This document shows, piece after piece, positions 19,907 to 31,399 of a stretch of DNA of 64,000 nucleotides (positions are counted from its first letter, which is position 1; every line of letters starts with the position of its first letter). The notes below the pieces were generated by a model, which worked only from the letters and a program-made list of their open reading frames with translations, searched no databases and had not been told where the DNA came from. Both the position numbers and the translations under genes were made by a program. Source of the DNA: Trypanosoma brucei (lineage: Eukaryota); contig AE017150.2 of NCBI GenBank assembly GCA_000002445.1, positions 736,001 through 800,000 on the forward strand, in the 5' to 3' direction.

Positions 19907-21010
19907 TTATCGCGAGGCTCCATGCTCAACAATCATAATATCACCATCTTGCATGGTGTATGTGGCATCCACATAGGCCATTTTAAGCTCTGCCGCCTCG
20001 AGATTTGGTTGTTCAATAAATTTATCCCATGCCATTATTTTTGCCCGGTGAAAGTGCTGCTCCATGTCGGAGTGAATTTCGCCACTAGCCTCTTTTGCCG
20101 TCGCTCCTACGCGTGTGGTCCAGCCGTGAGCCATCTGCGGACCAATTGTGAAGAAGGACTGCAGTCGTAGTAGTTTATAGGCCCGGCGCAGTAGCAATTC
20201 GCCATGCGGTGTATCTACTCCATATTCTTTCAAAAAGAGAAGCCGCTCCTCGCGGGAGTTAAGTTGAGATGTTTGCTCTTCCAAAGAAGCGCACACACGA
20301 CACGTCCGTTCAGAGCCAAGCGCACTCTCAACCATATGCGTGTAGCGGTTTCCACTCGCAATAGTCGATTCATCTGTATTAAGAACAAACATCATGGGTT
20401 TGGCGGAGAGAAGATTGTACTGCTGTAAAATCTGACGCTCTTCGTCAGTCTTCAACGACATATCCGCCGCAGGTTTGCCTTCCTGCAACCATGATACGAC
20501 GCGTTGGCAAATCACCAGTGAGGGATCTCCAACCTTTCGTATCTTCGCTTGCTTACTAAGAATTTTTTCCATTGCTTCCAGATCCGCCAGCACCAGCTCA
20601 TTTACAATAGTGCAGACATCTTCCAGTGGCGTTGGTGTACCGAATCCATCTCTAGCGCTCTCAAAGCAACGCACCATATGCAAAAGAATGGTGCATGGCC
20701 GAATATCACTGAGAAACTTATTTCCAAGACCTGCGCCTTTTGACGCCCCCTCAATGAGGCCCGCCACATCCGCGAGGTCGATCTCGACGTCAACAATTTT
20801 ATGCGCCCCGCTAAAGGTTGCCAGCCGGCGCAGCCGATCATCCGCAACAGGGACGCGGGCAAGGTTGGCGTCTATGGTACAAAATGGGAAATTTCCTGTT
20901 TTTGCCTGCTGACTGCAGGTGAGGGCATTAAACAGAGTAGACTTTCCAACATTGGGAAGGCCAATGATTCCAGCACCACGTCGCCGCAGTTGCAATGACG
21001 AAGTGTGCAT
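19907..21010 (-). CDS. Obg-like ATPase 1 / YchF-family GTP-binding protein
   Basis: Seen in sequence: ATG verified at 21008-21010. The P-loop GIIGLPNVGKSTLFNALT, the stretch NFPFCTIDAN...RVPV, and DVAGLIEGASKGAGLGNKFLS are characteristic of YchF/OLA1. A C-terminal TGS-like region is present (…YVDATYTMQDGDIMIVEH). Established knowledge, from memory: alignment to human OLA1 is close throughout. Confidence 0.9.
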   Translation of the reverse strand: MHTSSLQLRRRGAGIIGLPNVGKSTLFNALTCSQQAKTGNFPFCTIDANLARVPVADDRLRRLATFSGAHKIVDVEIDLADVAGLIEGASKGAGLGNKFLSDIRPCTILLHMVRCFESARDGFGTPTPLEDVCTIVNELVLADLEAMEKILSKQAKIRKVGDPSLVICQRVVSWLQEGKPAADMSLKTDEERQILQQYNLLSAKPMMFVLNTDESTIASGNRYTHMVESALGSERTCRVCASLEEQTSQLNSREERLLFLKEYGVDTPHGELLLRRAYKLLRLQSFFTIGPQMAHGWTTRVGATAKEASGEIHSDMEQHFHRAKIMAWDKFIEQPNLEAAELKMAYVDATYTMQDGDIMIVEHGASR

Positions 21011-23289
21011 AAATCACACAAACACCACGCACCTGATACGATTCTAGTTGTTGTTGCTTTTTTTTTTGAGTGATAATTCGATATGAGGAACTAAAGAGAG
21101 AAATATCAATGAAGTTTTAAATGGGATGTTTGTAGTTTCCGGTAATATGTGGTCCCTCTCTCACCCTTTTCCCCCGCTGTATGTATGTATGTATGTACGT
21201 GTTTGTGTTTGTCTACATGATTGTGAGAACATTCATTTGAGCATTAACGAACAATGAGAAATGGGGGTAAGGAGAGAATGATAACAACACAAGGGCAGTG
21301 AAATGGCAACACATCTTAAGACGATGTGCATGTGTGTGGTCCAATACCGATGAGGGATTTATATATATATTTTTTTACCGAATACAAAAATATAAACGGA
21401 GGCATATGCATGTGATGAGGTGTACGTATTCCCATATACACCTTATCACATGAAATGGGCAGCTTGTGTGAGCGTGTGAATAGCGGTAATAACTCACTTT
21501 AAGGGAAGTAGAGATGAAGGCAAGAGAAGGCGAAAAATCTGAATTCAACAGACACACGCCTGCATACAGTTAAGCTTGGCACATACATACACACATCGAA
21601 AGTATGACATATGTTTATGTATATATAAATATATATATTTATATTGGCCCCCTATGTATTGAAAACGCACTTCGCACACACACAAACAAACAAAACTCAA
21701 AAAAAAAACAGAAAAAGAAGCATCCGACGCCATAATTGGATAAATACGAAGAAGAAGAAGAAGAAAAAGGAAAACAACATATTCACACACCATTTACATC
21801 ATTTGCATCCCCTTCGTGCTCCGCATCCTCCTTTACGAGCAACACAAAAAAGGAGAGCAAAATATAAAAAAAAATGACCATCGCAATTTCTCTTCCCTTG
21901 TCTTATAATAATAATAATAAAGACTAATTAACTTTTCTCCATCATTCATTTTCTCACGTAACCGTACGAAACAAATCACAAAACCGAAACAACACAATTT
22001 TCCACACGTGGATCGAAAGATCCTTGCGGCCAACGAATACAGAACAACAAAAGTAACAACGCAACCAAAAGACGCTTAAAATAAATAATAATAATAATAA
22101 ATATTTTTGTTTACTTTTTATTTTATTTTTTTTTCGAAGAGAAAGCAAGGAGGAAGTGATAGGGAGAGGGGAGAAGGGAAAGAAAAAAAAACAAACAAAA
22201 CAAACAAACAAACAAACACCTTCTATGGGGTAGGGAAATTTACTAATTACATTATAATAATTTACAATTATAACACGGAATTAATGAAGAAACTTTTGGT
22301 TTTATTAAATACGTTTTTTTTCTTTTTTGCCTTGTTTCCTTCTGTATCCTTTTTTTTCTTTTCTTTTCGTCTTTGTTTTTATCTCTTTCTCTTTCTTTTT
22401 TTTTCCTTTTCTTTATTTGCAGAAGCTGACAATGTTGAGGTGAGGCAGTGTCAAAAAAGAGATGGTTAAAAACAAAAAGAAAAATAAACAAGAAAGGCTT
22501 ACATATTTATAATTTTGCTCCACCATTGGGCTTTCTCCAACCAACAAACAGGGGGGGAAAACAAATGTACATACATCATAAATGCGTATACATTTAGATA
22601 TAAATATAAATATATATATTTATGTTAGTGTGGATGTGGATGTGGGCATGTGTGTATATATGTATATAAATACTTTGTAAATTGAATGGAAAAAAAATTA
22701 GTGGACCAGCGACAAGGTAATAATAGTAATAATAATAATAATAATAATAAACAAAAAAGAAAAAGTGACAACAGTTTGGCAAACGTACAGTCGCGAAGAG
22801 TTTCTCTTACTTCATTTTTGCATATTTTTTTTTATAAAAAAAAAGAGAAGAAAAGAAAAGAAAGAAAAAAAAGACAAAGCAGTAAATGATAGTCGCCGGT
22901 AATAAAAGAGAAAGTTAAGGGTTTGGTGGACATAAAAAAAAAAAGTAAGAAAAAGAGAACTTAAAAATCAACAATAACAACAATAGGACAATTGCCTCAA
23001 ATACAAACAAGAATCACAAAAAAAAAAAGAAGAAGGGAGGATCAGGTAAGGTGGTAAGGAAAACAAATGGGAGGGAAAAGATATATAAAAAAGAAAAAAC
23101 TAAAGACACAAATAAAAACAAAAAAGTAATTAAAAAGTGGAAAAACTGTTTAGATTTTTGCCTACATATAAAAAGAATAGAAAAAGGAAAGCAGAAAGGT
23201 AAAATAATTCACAAAATGGTTTCAACATTACCGTGTGGCTGCTCAAAAAACAGAATAGTCAAACGCTGCTACCCCTTAGGGGTGGTAAA

Positions 23290-23311
23290 TTATATATATA
23301 TATATATATAA
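23290..23311. repeat. (TA)11 microsatellite in the long 2.9 kb inter-CDS spacer
   Basis: Seen in sequence: similar shorter (TA)n or (ATA)n runs occur at about 18911-18926, 22718-22750, 33200-33217, 51487-51507, 55124-55141, 4029-4066 and 45692-45716. Confidence 0.85.
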
Positions 23312-23932
23312 TGGGGGACTGCATATTTCATCCATTCCTTCTTCTTTAAAACAAAGTCAGAAAAAAAAAAAGAAGATTCATTTGTATCGGGCTGACAACT
23401 TTTCTTTCTTTTTTGTTTCTTCCTCTTCAGAAATTATTGGTGTTGCATCCCTTCTTCTCATGCCTTCTTTTCCCTATTTTTTCCCCTTGTGATTTGCACT
23501 TTTTCCCTTTTTTTTTCTTGATTGGTTGCCAGCAGCTTAGAAGGGGAAGAACATGGTACAAAAGTGTTTAGTTTTTTGTTCATTCGTTCAATAACATAAA
23601 TTTAAATACCGCAAAAAAAAAAACTTCTCTGTGTCTCGAACGGCGTAACGCCGTCTCCTCTTTTTTTTTTAAATTTTTTTCCTTTCATTTCACGCTCCCT
23701 CATTTATTATTATTAATTTTTTTTTTGATTCATCTCCGTCTTTCCGTAAACATTTGAATCGCCCTTCTCCCACGAATACGGAAGTGCCTTTGCTAATTGC
23801 AGCAGCAGCAGCATTTGGAGTGACCTTAAGGTCGACCAGCATATCAACAGAAATAATTTATCAATCAACCAGATACAAAACACAAACAAACACAAACAAA
23901 CACATATATATGTACAAACAAATATGATGGTT

Positions 23933-26900
23933 TTAATCAAGTGCTAGCAACAGTTCATCCGGTTCCTCACCATCGTAAACAACCTCCTCCACAGGATTTT
24001 TCAGCACCGCTCCCGTGGCTAATCGCACATCATTTCCTGATTTGAGCGAGGCGCGGTAGGCATCCATGGCCTCATCTGCTTCAATGCCACATCTAGAACC
24101 AATCCAAATGAAAACACGATGCGATGGAGAACTTCTCCCATCCTGCTCAAACCCACTGCTGGAACGCGGAAGAATAATGACATAAGCGCGCTCTGCTTCC
24201 ATATCGGTGGCATCTATAATATCACGCACAGGGGTTCCAGTAAAAGGGTAAGCGAATATTTCCATTTCATGGCTCACTGGCGTTGTACCCCCAGCCTCAC
24301 GCTCAGCTACTCCTTCATTCTTTTCCTCTTGATAGCTCTCTACTGTATGTTCGATTGGTTCATTGCGACGTGGTTGTAACGACCGATGACTTCCCACCCG
24401 TGCACTCGATGCCGCAAAGCTCCGTCCGGTGGGTTCCCGTGGCGTTGGTGCGCTTTTGCTCTTCCCTACATCCAATTTTCCTAGATCACGTTGTTGCTCC
24501 TTCTCACGAAGACGCTTGTGACCCGACATGGCCTGTTTCTGTTGCTTCACTTCTGCTACATATTTGGTGAAAAGCTCCACCATATCGCTACGCGATAACA
24601 AACTATCCCAGCAGGAGTCATGCACTAACGTAATAGTCAAGCGCCTTAAAGTGCCGCAGCTGGTCTCCCCCCTCTTGTACACATTACTATCAACAGCAGA
24701 TACAACCTCTGCAGGGGTCAGTAAACATTCAACGGGGTGCTGTAGTGGTGGAAGAGGCGTATAAGTTATGCATTCACCTTTATTATTCACCGTGGTCTTT
24801 ACTGCGCCATGGTAAAAGCTATACTTAACAAACTTTTCCCACTCTTCTTTGGCCTGCTGTCCAATGGCAGGAGCACATTCCGGTCCTACGAAAAAATGTG
24901 AAACAGTACATGGCTCTTGTGATCCACCCGGTGTCGGGCAGCCACTTAACAAGAAACCATAGCATAACCGAGGATCCATGGCAAACTCGTCACACTTATC
25001 GTCCAAAACACGCACAGACTGATTCATGATGTGAACGCCCTCTTCACTTCCGTTCTGCTGCTCTTTTTGACGACGGAATACCAACGCCAGACGGTAGGAG
25101 AAGGGAAATAGATAATCGGGATATGGCACGTATGCATATGCCTTGTCAAGGACAGGTCTTGCCAGCTGGTCTTGCCAAAGCAGTAGGCTCACGTAGAAAC
25201 CTGGATTAGGACTGCAAACCGTTCTACGCGCGCGAACGTAATCATACGCCTTTTCATAACATAACCCTTCATACCACATGACATATGCAATAACAAACGA
25301 ACATGACCGTGAAACGCCCTGATGACAGTGAACGAATGTCTTTCCCCCATTAAGGCGTGCCTCCTCAATATATTGGTTCACAACAGGGAATAGCGAGAAG
25401 ATGGGCTCGTCAGGAGAATCGCTCACATTTAGGCGAAGATAGCTGAAGATATCCTCATGGGCGTTTTCAATGGAGAACGCAACGGTGTTCACGACGGACG
25501 TGATACCTTTTGCCAGTAGTTGGGAGCGATCCCTCGCTGCCTCCTCACCTCCCACAAAAAGCCACGGAAGAATTTCCGTCGCTTCCGGTGATAACGCCTT
25601 TAGTTTCTGCAGCTTTTCCTCTGTTATGCGTATTTCGTCGTGCTCAGGATTAATCTGCGAATCATTCAGGCCGCCGTCACCCGCTTGCTGACGCAGTGCC
25701 CCATCCAGTCGAAGGGCGGATATGACGGGGAATCGCGGTGACATGAAGGATGAGCTCTTTGGCGTAAGGCATGGAGATGCTGCAGAGCTCGGTCCACGCT
25801 CACTCCCTACCTGAGAATTAGCAGTCCGGTTGGGAAACCGAGCTGTGAAAGGAAGTGGGCTCTCCTTCACGGCGCCCCCGGCATCGGTAACCGATTGCTT
25901 AGAGCGTATTGTTTCTAAAGGTGGCAGCTTCCTCGCGCTGTTCTCCACATCTGGTCGAGCTCCTGTTATAGGCGGTATCAAACAGTTTGAAAGCTTTGTC
26001 GTAGGGAGTGGTAAGGGATCCCCTTTAAGTTTCTGCTGCTGGTACTGTTCAAATGAATATAACACGGCACCCTCCTGGCGCTTTGACTTTCCGCGAGATG
26101 AATTCTCCTGCGACCTGCCGCCGGTCGGTGTGGTCCCCAGCACTGAAGCAGTTGGCGCCGGCTTTCGAAGCGAGAGCAGCGAACGAAGGATTGCATTTCG
26201 CTGGTATTCCTCTCCCATAAACGATGTGCGGCGTGATGGCCGTCGGCTGCCCACTACGTCACCTATGCTAGCGCACAACGAATCTTCCCTTCCACATGCT
26301 GCAGCTTCTTTCTCACCACGGCTGGGGTTGCAGTTAAAGAATAAACATTGCAAGGTCTCCTTGCTGTTAATAAGAGCTTGCTCCAAGCGTCCTGCGTGGA
26401 CGGCAGCGACTGCAGCAAGAGAAGGATGGGCCCTAACACCGTTGAGTATATAAATGCTATAGTAGTAATTGTAACCATCTCCACATTCCGTACCGCAGCC
26501 TGCGCCACGAGAGAAGAGACGAGCACCAGCATGCGAAAGCGATGCGGGGGGCTTGCCAATATTTGTAGAAAACGGGGTAGCAAGACCTCTAGGCGTGAAC
26601 ACATCCGACAGCACGGAAGCCCACGACGGCGAAACATCGTTCCAGCGCCAGTTCATGTCACAGTCTTTTAACGGATACTCAAGCGTTCGGGGCGTAAACA
26701 TGTTTGGGGATCCCAACGTTGCTTTTCCGGTCGGGGCATTTCGTGGTGAGACAGGTTGTCGTTGCACTTGAACAAGAACATACACCCGTGTATCATCTAG
26801 CTCAATTTTTGCCTGAGAGAGATCCATCGGTAGAGCAGAAACATGCGACGGGTCAAAGCGCGCGGCAGCCCCATTAACTGACGCCGAGGAATCGCGATGA

Positions 26901-27061
26901 CGAAATGTAAAGGCCTTCAGATTGTTTTGAAATTTCGAGAAGTGGTCCACCGCCACAGGCGAGACGTCATATGCGAGGTGCGACTTGGACACCCTTTGAG
27001 GAATAAGGATTATATCATCCAACGTGAAGGGAACCACATCCGTGCATAAGGCAGCACCCAT
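23933..27061 (-). CDS. Large dual-specificity protein phosphatase (DSPc catalytic domain embedded in a protein of about 1040 aa)
   Basis: Seen in sequence: the catalytic signature VHCHQGVSRSCSFVIAYVMWY (HCxxGxxRS P-loop) is flanked by a DSP-like fold sequence (…GITSVVNTV…LRLNVSDSPDE…). The ORF track start at 27076 is TTG. The first ATG (MGAALCTDV) is at 27059-27061. Long N- and C-terminal extensions have no recognisable domain. Confidence 0.75.
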   Translation of the reverse strand: MGAALCTDVVPFTLDDIILIPQRVSKSHLAYDVSPVAVDHFSKFQNNLKAFTFRHRDSSASVNGAAARFDPSHVSALPMDLSQAKIELDDTRVYVLVQVQRQPVSPRNAPTGKATLGSPNMFTPRTLEYPLKDCDMNWRWNDVSPSWASVLSDVFTPRGLATPFSTNIGKPPASLSHAGARLFSRGAGCGTECGDGYNYYYSIYILNGVRAHPSLAAVAAVHAGRLEQALINSKETLQCLFFNCNPSRGEKEAAACGREDSLCASIGDVVGSRRPSRRTSFMGEEYQRNAILRSLLSLRKPAPTASVLGTTPTGGRSQENSSRGKSKRQEGAVLYSFEQYQQQKLKGDPLPLPTTKLSNCLIPPITGARPDVENSARKLPPLETIRSKQSVTDAGGAVKESPLPFTARFPNRTANSQVGSERGPSSAASPCLTPKSSSFMSPRFPVISALRLDGALRQQAGDGGLNDSQINPEHDEIRITEEKLQKLKALSPEATEILPWLFVGGEEAARDRSQLLAKGITSVVNTVAFSIENAHEDIFSYLRLNVSDSPDEPIFSLFPVVNQYIEEARLNGGKTFVHCHQGVSRSCSFVIAYVMWYEGLCYEKAYDYVRARRTVCSPNPGFYVSLLLWQDQLARPVLDKAYAYVPYPDYLFPFSYRLALVFRRQKEQQNGSEEGVHIMNQSVRVLDDKCDEFAMDPRLCYGFLLSGCPTPGGSQEPCTVSHFFVGPECAPAIGQQAKEEWEKFVKYSFYHGAVKTTVNNKGECITYTPLPPLQHPVECLLTPAEVVSAVDSNVYKRGETSCGTLRRLTITLVHDSCWDSLLSRSDMVELFTKYVAEVKQQKQAMSGHKRLREKEQQRDLGKLDVGKSKSAPTPREPTGRSFAASSARVGSHRSLQPRRNEPIEHTVESYQEEKNEGVAEREAGGTTPVSHEMEIFAYPFTGTPVRDIIDATDMEAERAYVIILPRSSSGFEQDGRSSPSHRVFIWIGSRCGIEADEAMDAYRASLKSGNDVRLATGAVLKNPVEEVVYDGEEPDELLLALD

Positions 27062-29110
27062 GGGGGCCGCAAGCAAGAGGTGTTAAACAAAGTCAATGAC
27101 AATAACAGCGGTTCCCCGCAGTGCCAAATACAGGGATTTTACACCAGTAGTGAAAAGGCACACAACTATGAAGTCACTAGCTGGGGCCAGTCAACAGGGG
27201 ATCGTGTACAAAGAAAACCCTCTTGTACGCGTATACGCCCCCAATGCTAACGTTGCAAGCGTCTGGTTGTCTATCCTCCTCCCTTCCCCAGGTTTCTTTC
27301 AAGCTCCAACAACGCAATTATGTATTTTATCTTATTCACCTACTTCCTTTCTCCCACTTACACCTTTTTCCTGTAACTGTTTTGGTTCGAGCTGCTTGTT
27401 TGCTTGGTACTTCTTTTGTTGTTATTGTTGTTTTGTGCTCGCTTAGATACTCTCTCCGCTTTCCTATTGCTCTTGTAGACTCACACCGAGCAACTGTAAT
27501 TTATGTTTTAAACACACAAAGTAATAATAATAATAATCAATGGTAAGACGCAAGGAAGATGAAGTTAACAGAAAGCAGAAGCACATCAAGTGTAAACGTA
27601 ATAGAAAATGAAGTTCAACAACACACAAATATACATGAGGAAACAAAAAAATAATATAATTGTTTGAAGTGTGGAACCACGGCATATGAAGTGGGGAGAT
27701 AGCAGAACCCCGAACCGGTACTGTCCCCTGTCACACCACCACAGCACCCACATGAAGGTAGTGGAAAGGGTTTTTGTTGTTGATTTTGCTTTTGTTCGAA
27801 GAAAAGGAAAAACATATAATAACAATCATTAGTGAGCGACACGACAGCCATACAAATGCCGAGTAGAATAAATCTAGGTGACAAATTTTCGTCATGCGTC
27901 GGAAACTGAACAAAAAAACGGCATGACACATAGATACACAGATATATGTATGTAAACAGCGTGAAATAATAATGAAGAGCATGGCGAAAATGAAGAAGCA
28001 TAACCGACATCGAGTTGAAGCAGCTTCCAATTTCACATCAAACTTCAAACCCGCAAGTGTATTCATTTTCACCCATCATTCAAATCACTGCCACACACAA
28101 ACACACAAAGGCACTAGGCAAGGGCACATTATCTTCGGGGTGAATAAGAAAAAGAGGATGGTGGAGAGGCATGGTAAAGTGTAATAAATGACGAGGATGG
28201 AGATGAGAATGTGTTACGCTATGAATCGCACAACTATGAAATTACACAACACCAAACAATCGCCGAATGGGTTTGGTATTAAATGCGACATCTCCGCGTC
28301 AACCCTGTAAAAATAACTTCACAAATCATCCTTCAAACAGTCACTTCAACTCCCACCGCGGCTTTTCCCTGCGCGACTCCGCGCCTTCATAATATTCATC
28401 GCAATTAGTCATTGATTCATATTTCTCTCCATTCCCCCATCCACCTAGGAATTCACATATTTTCAGCAACTTGCCTATCAAGTTGGCCAAACAACTTTGC
28501 TCCATTTCTTCCGGTAGACTCTTCAATCAAATCACTGTAACAGGAGTGTTGACTCCCACCAAGTGGAAATATGCGCCTCGCATAAAGGGAAGCAAAAAGT
28601 AAAGAAAAAGCAAAAGACAGGTATGATTTCACTCCCTCAATACATGTGTTTTCCCCTCCTTCGTTACTTTTATAAACGCCTCACATGCCGTATAATTTTT
28701 ACTATACATCAATAGCGCTGTGATTATTTGCTCCATTTTCATTTTTACAAAAAAAAAAGACAAAAAAGTTGCCAAGTGGAGGGGACGGATAGTCATTACT
28801 CCCTGGCTTCTTTTTTTTTTTTTGCCTCAAACAATCACGCCAGCTTCAAACACAGTATACATCAATACGCTACCGAATACCCGCCTGAAAAACTTTTATA
28901 CTGCATAACCACACACGTACACATACCCAGTGGTATGGTCATAGGCAGAAGTCAAAGAAGTTACTGAAGTTCAATTAAGTGTGTACGCGCTCCCCCTCCC
29001 CCCATATACAAAATGGGAACTACAACGCAAATACGGTCACTGTAGCAGTGCAACAACTTTTTTTTTAAATAAAAAAATATAAAAAAACCATCACACCCAA
29101 CTTTTGTGTT

Positions 29111-31399
29111 TCAATCATCTTCATCACAGGGTGCCACGTAGTTGATTGGGAACAACCCTGTGCGCTGGTTGCACACACCTTTCAACCAACCCTCTTCCTG
29201 AGCACGACTTACGCACACAATCACTTCCCCTTCATCAAACGTTAGCTCATCTGGTGCTCGCGCCTTGTATGGATACAAAGCGCGCAATGAACGTCCCTCG
29301 ACCCGCAGCACATCGTTTATGCCAAGCTGAACACCATGTGAGGCAGTACTTGCATCACCGCCAACTCCATCACCCATTTCTTCAAGTGAATTTCTGCGAG
29401 ATGAAACTAGATGAGACGGTTTAGCAGACAGTGTAGCAGCTGCACGATCAGGCTCCTCACCGCCAGCGCCATGTGTGCCAGGAACCTTTTGATGTCCTGG
29501 AAGGGGATGCGTTACTGCCTTGGGGTACGATGCCGATGGGGAACCTGCGGAAGGTGTGTCGTTGAGCCGACGATCTAAAAGAGCACCCACCTGACGCTGC
29601 AGTGGAGTTCGGTATTTGGCCTCAAGCATAGGAAGTTGAGTACGTCTGTAGGAGGCACGTTCGCTGTTCTCCTGCTCAATAGCAGCACGGATCTGTAAAA
29701 GTGTCTTTTCCTCTTCGACTTTCACCTTCTCATCAAACGTTGTAGACGGTGTTACCTTCTCACGGTAATCCAGAATAGTGGAGTGACGGTTCAAATTAAC
29801 CTTCTTCGCTATTTCGCTCGGGTGAACGTACTCTACGCCCGCAAAGCGGAGCGAGGAGAGTGTGGGCTCGATGTCCTCACTCGCTTTATCTAAATTCGCA
29901 CGAATAGCCACAATTTGATGCCCTAGTTCCCTTCGTTTTAGCAGCAGTATTTTGTTTGCCTCGACGTACTTCTTAGCATTGACATCTAAGGATTCAGTAT
30001 GTAGTTCCTTCTTTATTTCGTTGTCCCGTATCTCCTCATCCAATTGCATCAGGCGCCGCTCCTTGCGATAGAGGTACCGACTTGCGGCGAGGTAATAATC
30101 CGAGTAGCGTTTGAAGTGATGGCTCTGTATCGCACGAAGCATCTCACTGAATGTGTTCTGCCGCTTGTCGACCTTGGATGCGATAGTGTCACAACCATCA
30201 AGAACAAAGTTATTCAATGATGTGGCGAGATCCTTAGCCTTTATTGCATTAGTAACAATATTCTGCAACTTCTGAGCATGTTCCGATACCGCTTTGAGAA
30301 ACGACTCGTGGCCGCTTCGACGTCCAGCCTCTCGCTCTTCCATCTGAAGTCGCCGTTCAATTTCTTTACGGCGCTTCTGTGCCAGCTTCGAAAGCTCGAC
30401 TTGGCACTGCTGCATTTCCCTAGCCAGTTCGAACATACGATTCCACACACCCTGCTGCTGCTCCCTATTTTTCTGAAGAAATTCGTCAGACAGACCACGA
30501 TCCGTTTCGTAACGTTTACGTTGATGTGTATCATCGTTGTTGTAATTCTCAATCTGTTCCTTTATCTTTAAAAGATCTTCTTCGCATGCTTCGATTTGTC
30601 TGTTTTTTCCTTCAATCACCGCTGTGATATCTTTATCAGCCATACGAAATATGGCCCAGCGCTGTCGCCTATCATTCACGCGAGATTCGACGTAATGATT
30701 TGTAATGATGGGATATTGATCGGTAATAAGCTGGAGAATGCGTTCGTATATCTTAAGCTGCCTCTCGGAAATCTCCTCCGCTAGAGCCATTTCACCGTTG
30801 GAAATACTCGCTTCAAGCAGTTGCTCACATTTGTCAACATCAGGGGAAAGAACTTCAATGGTATTTTGAAACTCGGCGAGCGAGCCCAGCAAACTGCGCG
30901 CATTGCTGCCCTCGCGTAGTTTAACTCGGAGGGCATTTGAAATGAACCCCAACTCACGCGGCTCAAACACAACACTACTAAGCTCGGCTTCGCACTGTTC
31001 AATAAAGCGTTTCTGCTTCGGGGTGATGAAGGGTTGCGTTTTGAGCAGTTGAAGAGAAGAAACTGCGTGAACCACTTCGGGGATAGTCGCATGCTGTTCC
31101 GTGTCCGCACCTGAAGAGGATATGTTCTTTACATCCAAGTGTAAGTTGCAGTGTTTAATAACTGTCTTGCTACACCAGTAATTACCAGACTCTACCGAAA
31201 TGTTCTGCTGAAGTTCAGCTAATTTTTGATCACAGATCTCAAACTGCAGGTCAAGTTCCGTAATAGTGGATTCAAGCCAGGAGATAACCTTCTCGTGAAA
31301 CGCCTCATCGGAGAGAATGTCCTTCAGTTTATCCTCCTCTTGTATATAAATGTGCTTGTTCCTCTGAAAGAGGGTAGTTGATTGAGCTGATTGCGTCAT
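29111..31399 (-). CDS. Coiled-coil protein with a C-terminal SH3 domain; candidate paraflagellar-rod component (PFR5-like)
   Basis: Seen in sequence: ATG verified at 31397-31399. About 650 aa are coiled-coil-rich. The protein ends in a canonical SH3 sequence LRALYPYKARAPDELTFDEGEVIVCVSRAQEEGWLKGVCNQRTGLFPINYVAP. Inference, from memory only: a paraflagellar rod protein with a PFR-family N-terminal region plus a C-terminal SH3 domain (PFR5) lies between NUP-1 and TryS on T. brucei chromosome 2. Confidence 0.7.
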   Translation of the reverse strand: MTQSAQSTTLFQRNKHIYIQEEDKLKDILSDEAFHEKVISWLESTITELDLQFEICDQKLAELQQNISVESGNYWCSKTVIKHCNLHLDVKNISSSGADTEQHATIPEVVHAVSSLQLLKTQPFITPKQKRFIEQCEAELSSVVFEPRELGFISNALRVKLREGSNARSLLGSLAEFQNTIEVLSPDVDKCEQLLEASISNGEMALAEEISERQLKIYERILQLITDQYPIITNHYVESRVNDRRQRWAIFRMADKDITAVIEGKNRQIEACEEDLLKIKEQIENYNNDDTHQRKRYETDRGLSDEFLQKNREQQQGVWNRMFELAREMQQCQVELSKLAQKRRKEIERRLQMEEREAGRRSGHESFLKAVSEHAQKLQNIVTNAIKAKDLATSLNNFVLDGCDTIASKVDKRQNTFSEMLRAIQSHHFKRYSDYYLAASRYLYRKERRLMQLDEEIRDNEIKKELHTESLDVNAKKYVEANKILLLKRRELGHQIVAIRANLDKASEDIEPTLSSLRFAGVEYVHPSEIAKKVNLNRHSTILDYREKVTPSTTFDEKVKVEEEKTLLQIRAAIEQENSERASYRRTQLPMLEAKYRTPLQRQVGALLDRRLNDTPSAGSPSASYPKAVTHPLPGHQKVPGTHGAGGEEPDRAAATLSAKPSHLVSSRRNSLEEMGDGVGGDASTASHGVQLGINDVLRVEGRSLRALYPYKARAPDELTFDEGEVIVCVSRAQEEGWLKGVCNQRTGLFPINYVAPCDEDD

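Noticed and set aside
21375-23311. Numerous 60-120 aa ORFs in the 2.9 kb spacer (for example 22107..22469 +, 22252..22491 -)
   Set aside because: All are translations of homopolymer or microsatellite sequence (K/E/R-rich or F/L-rich). None has complexity consistent with a real protein.
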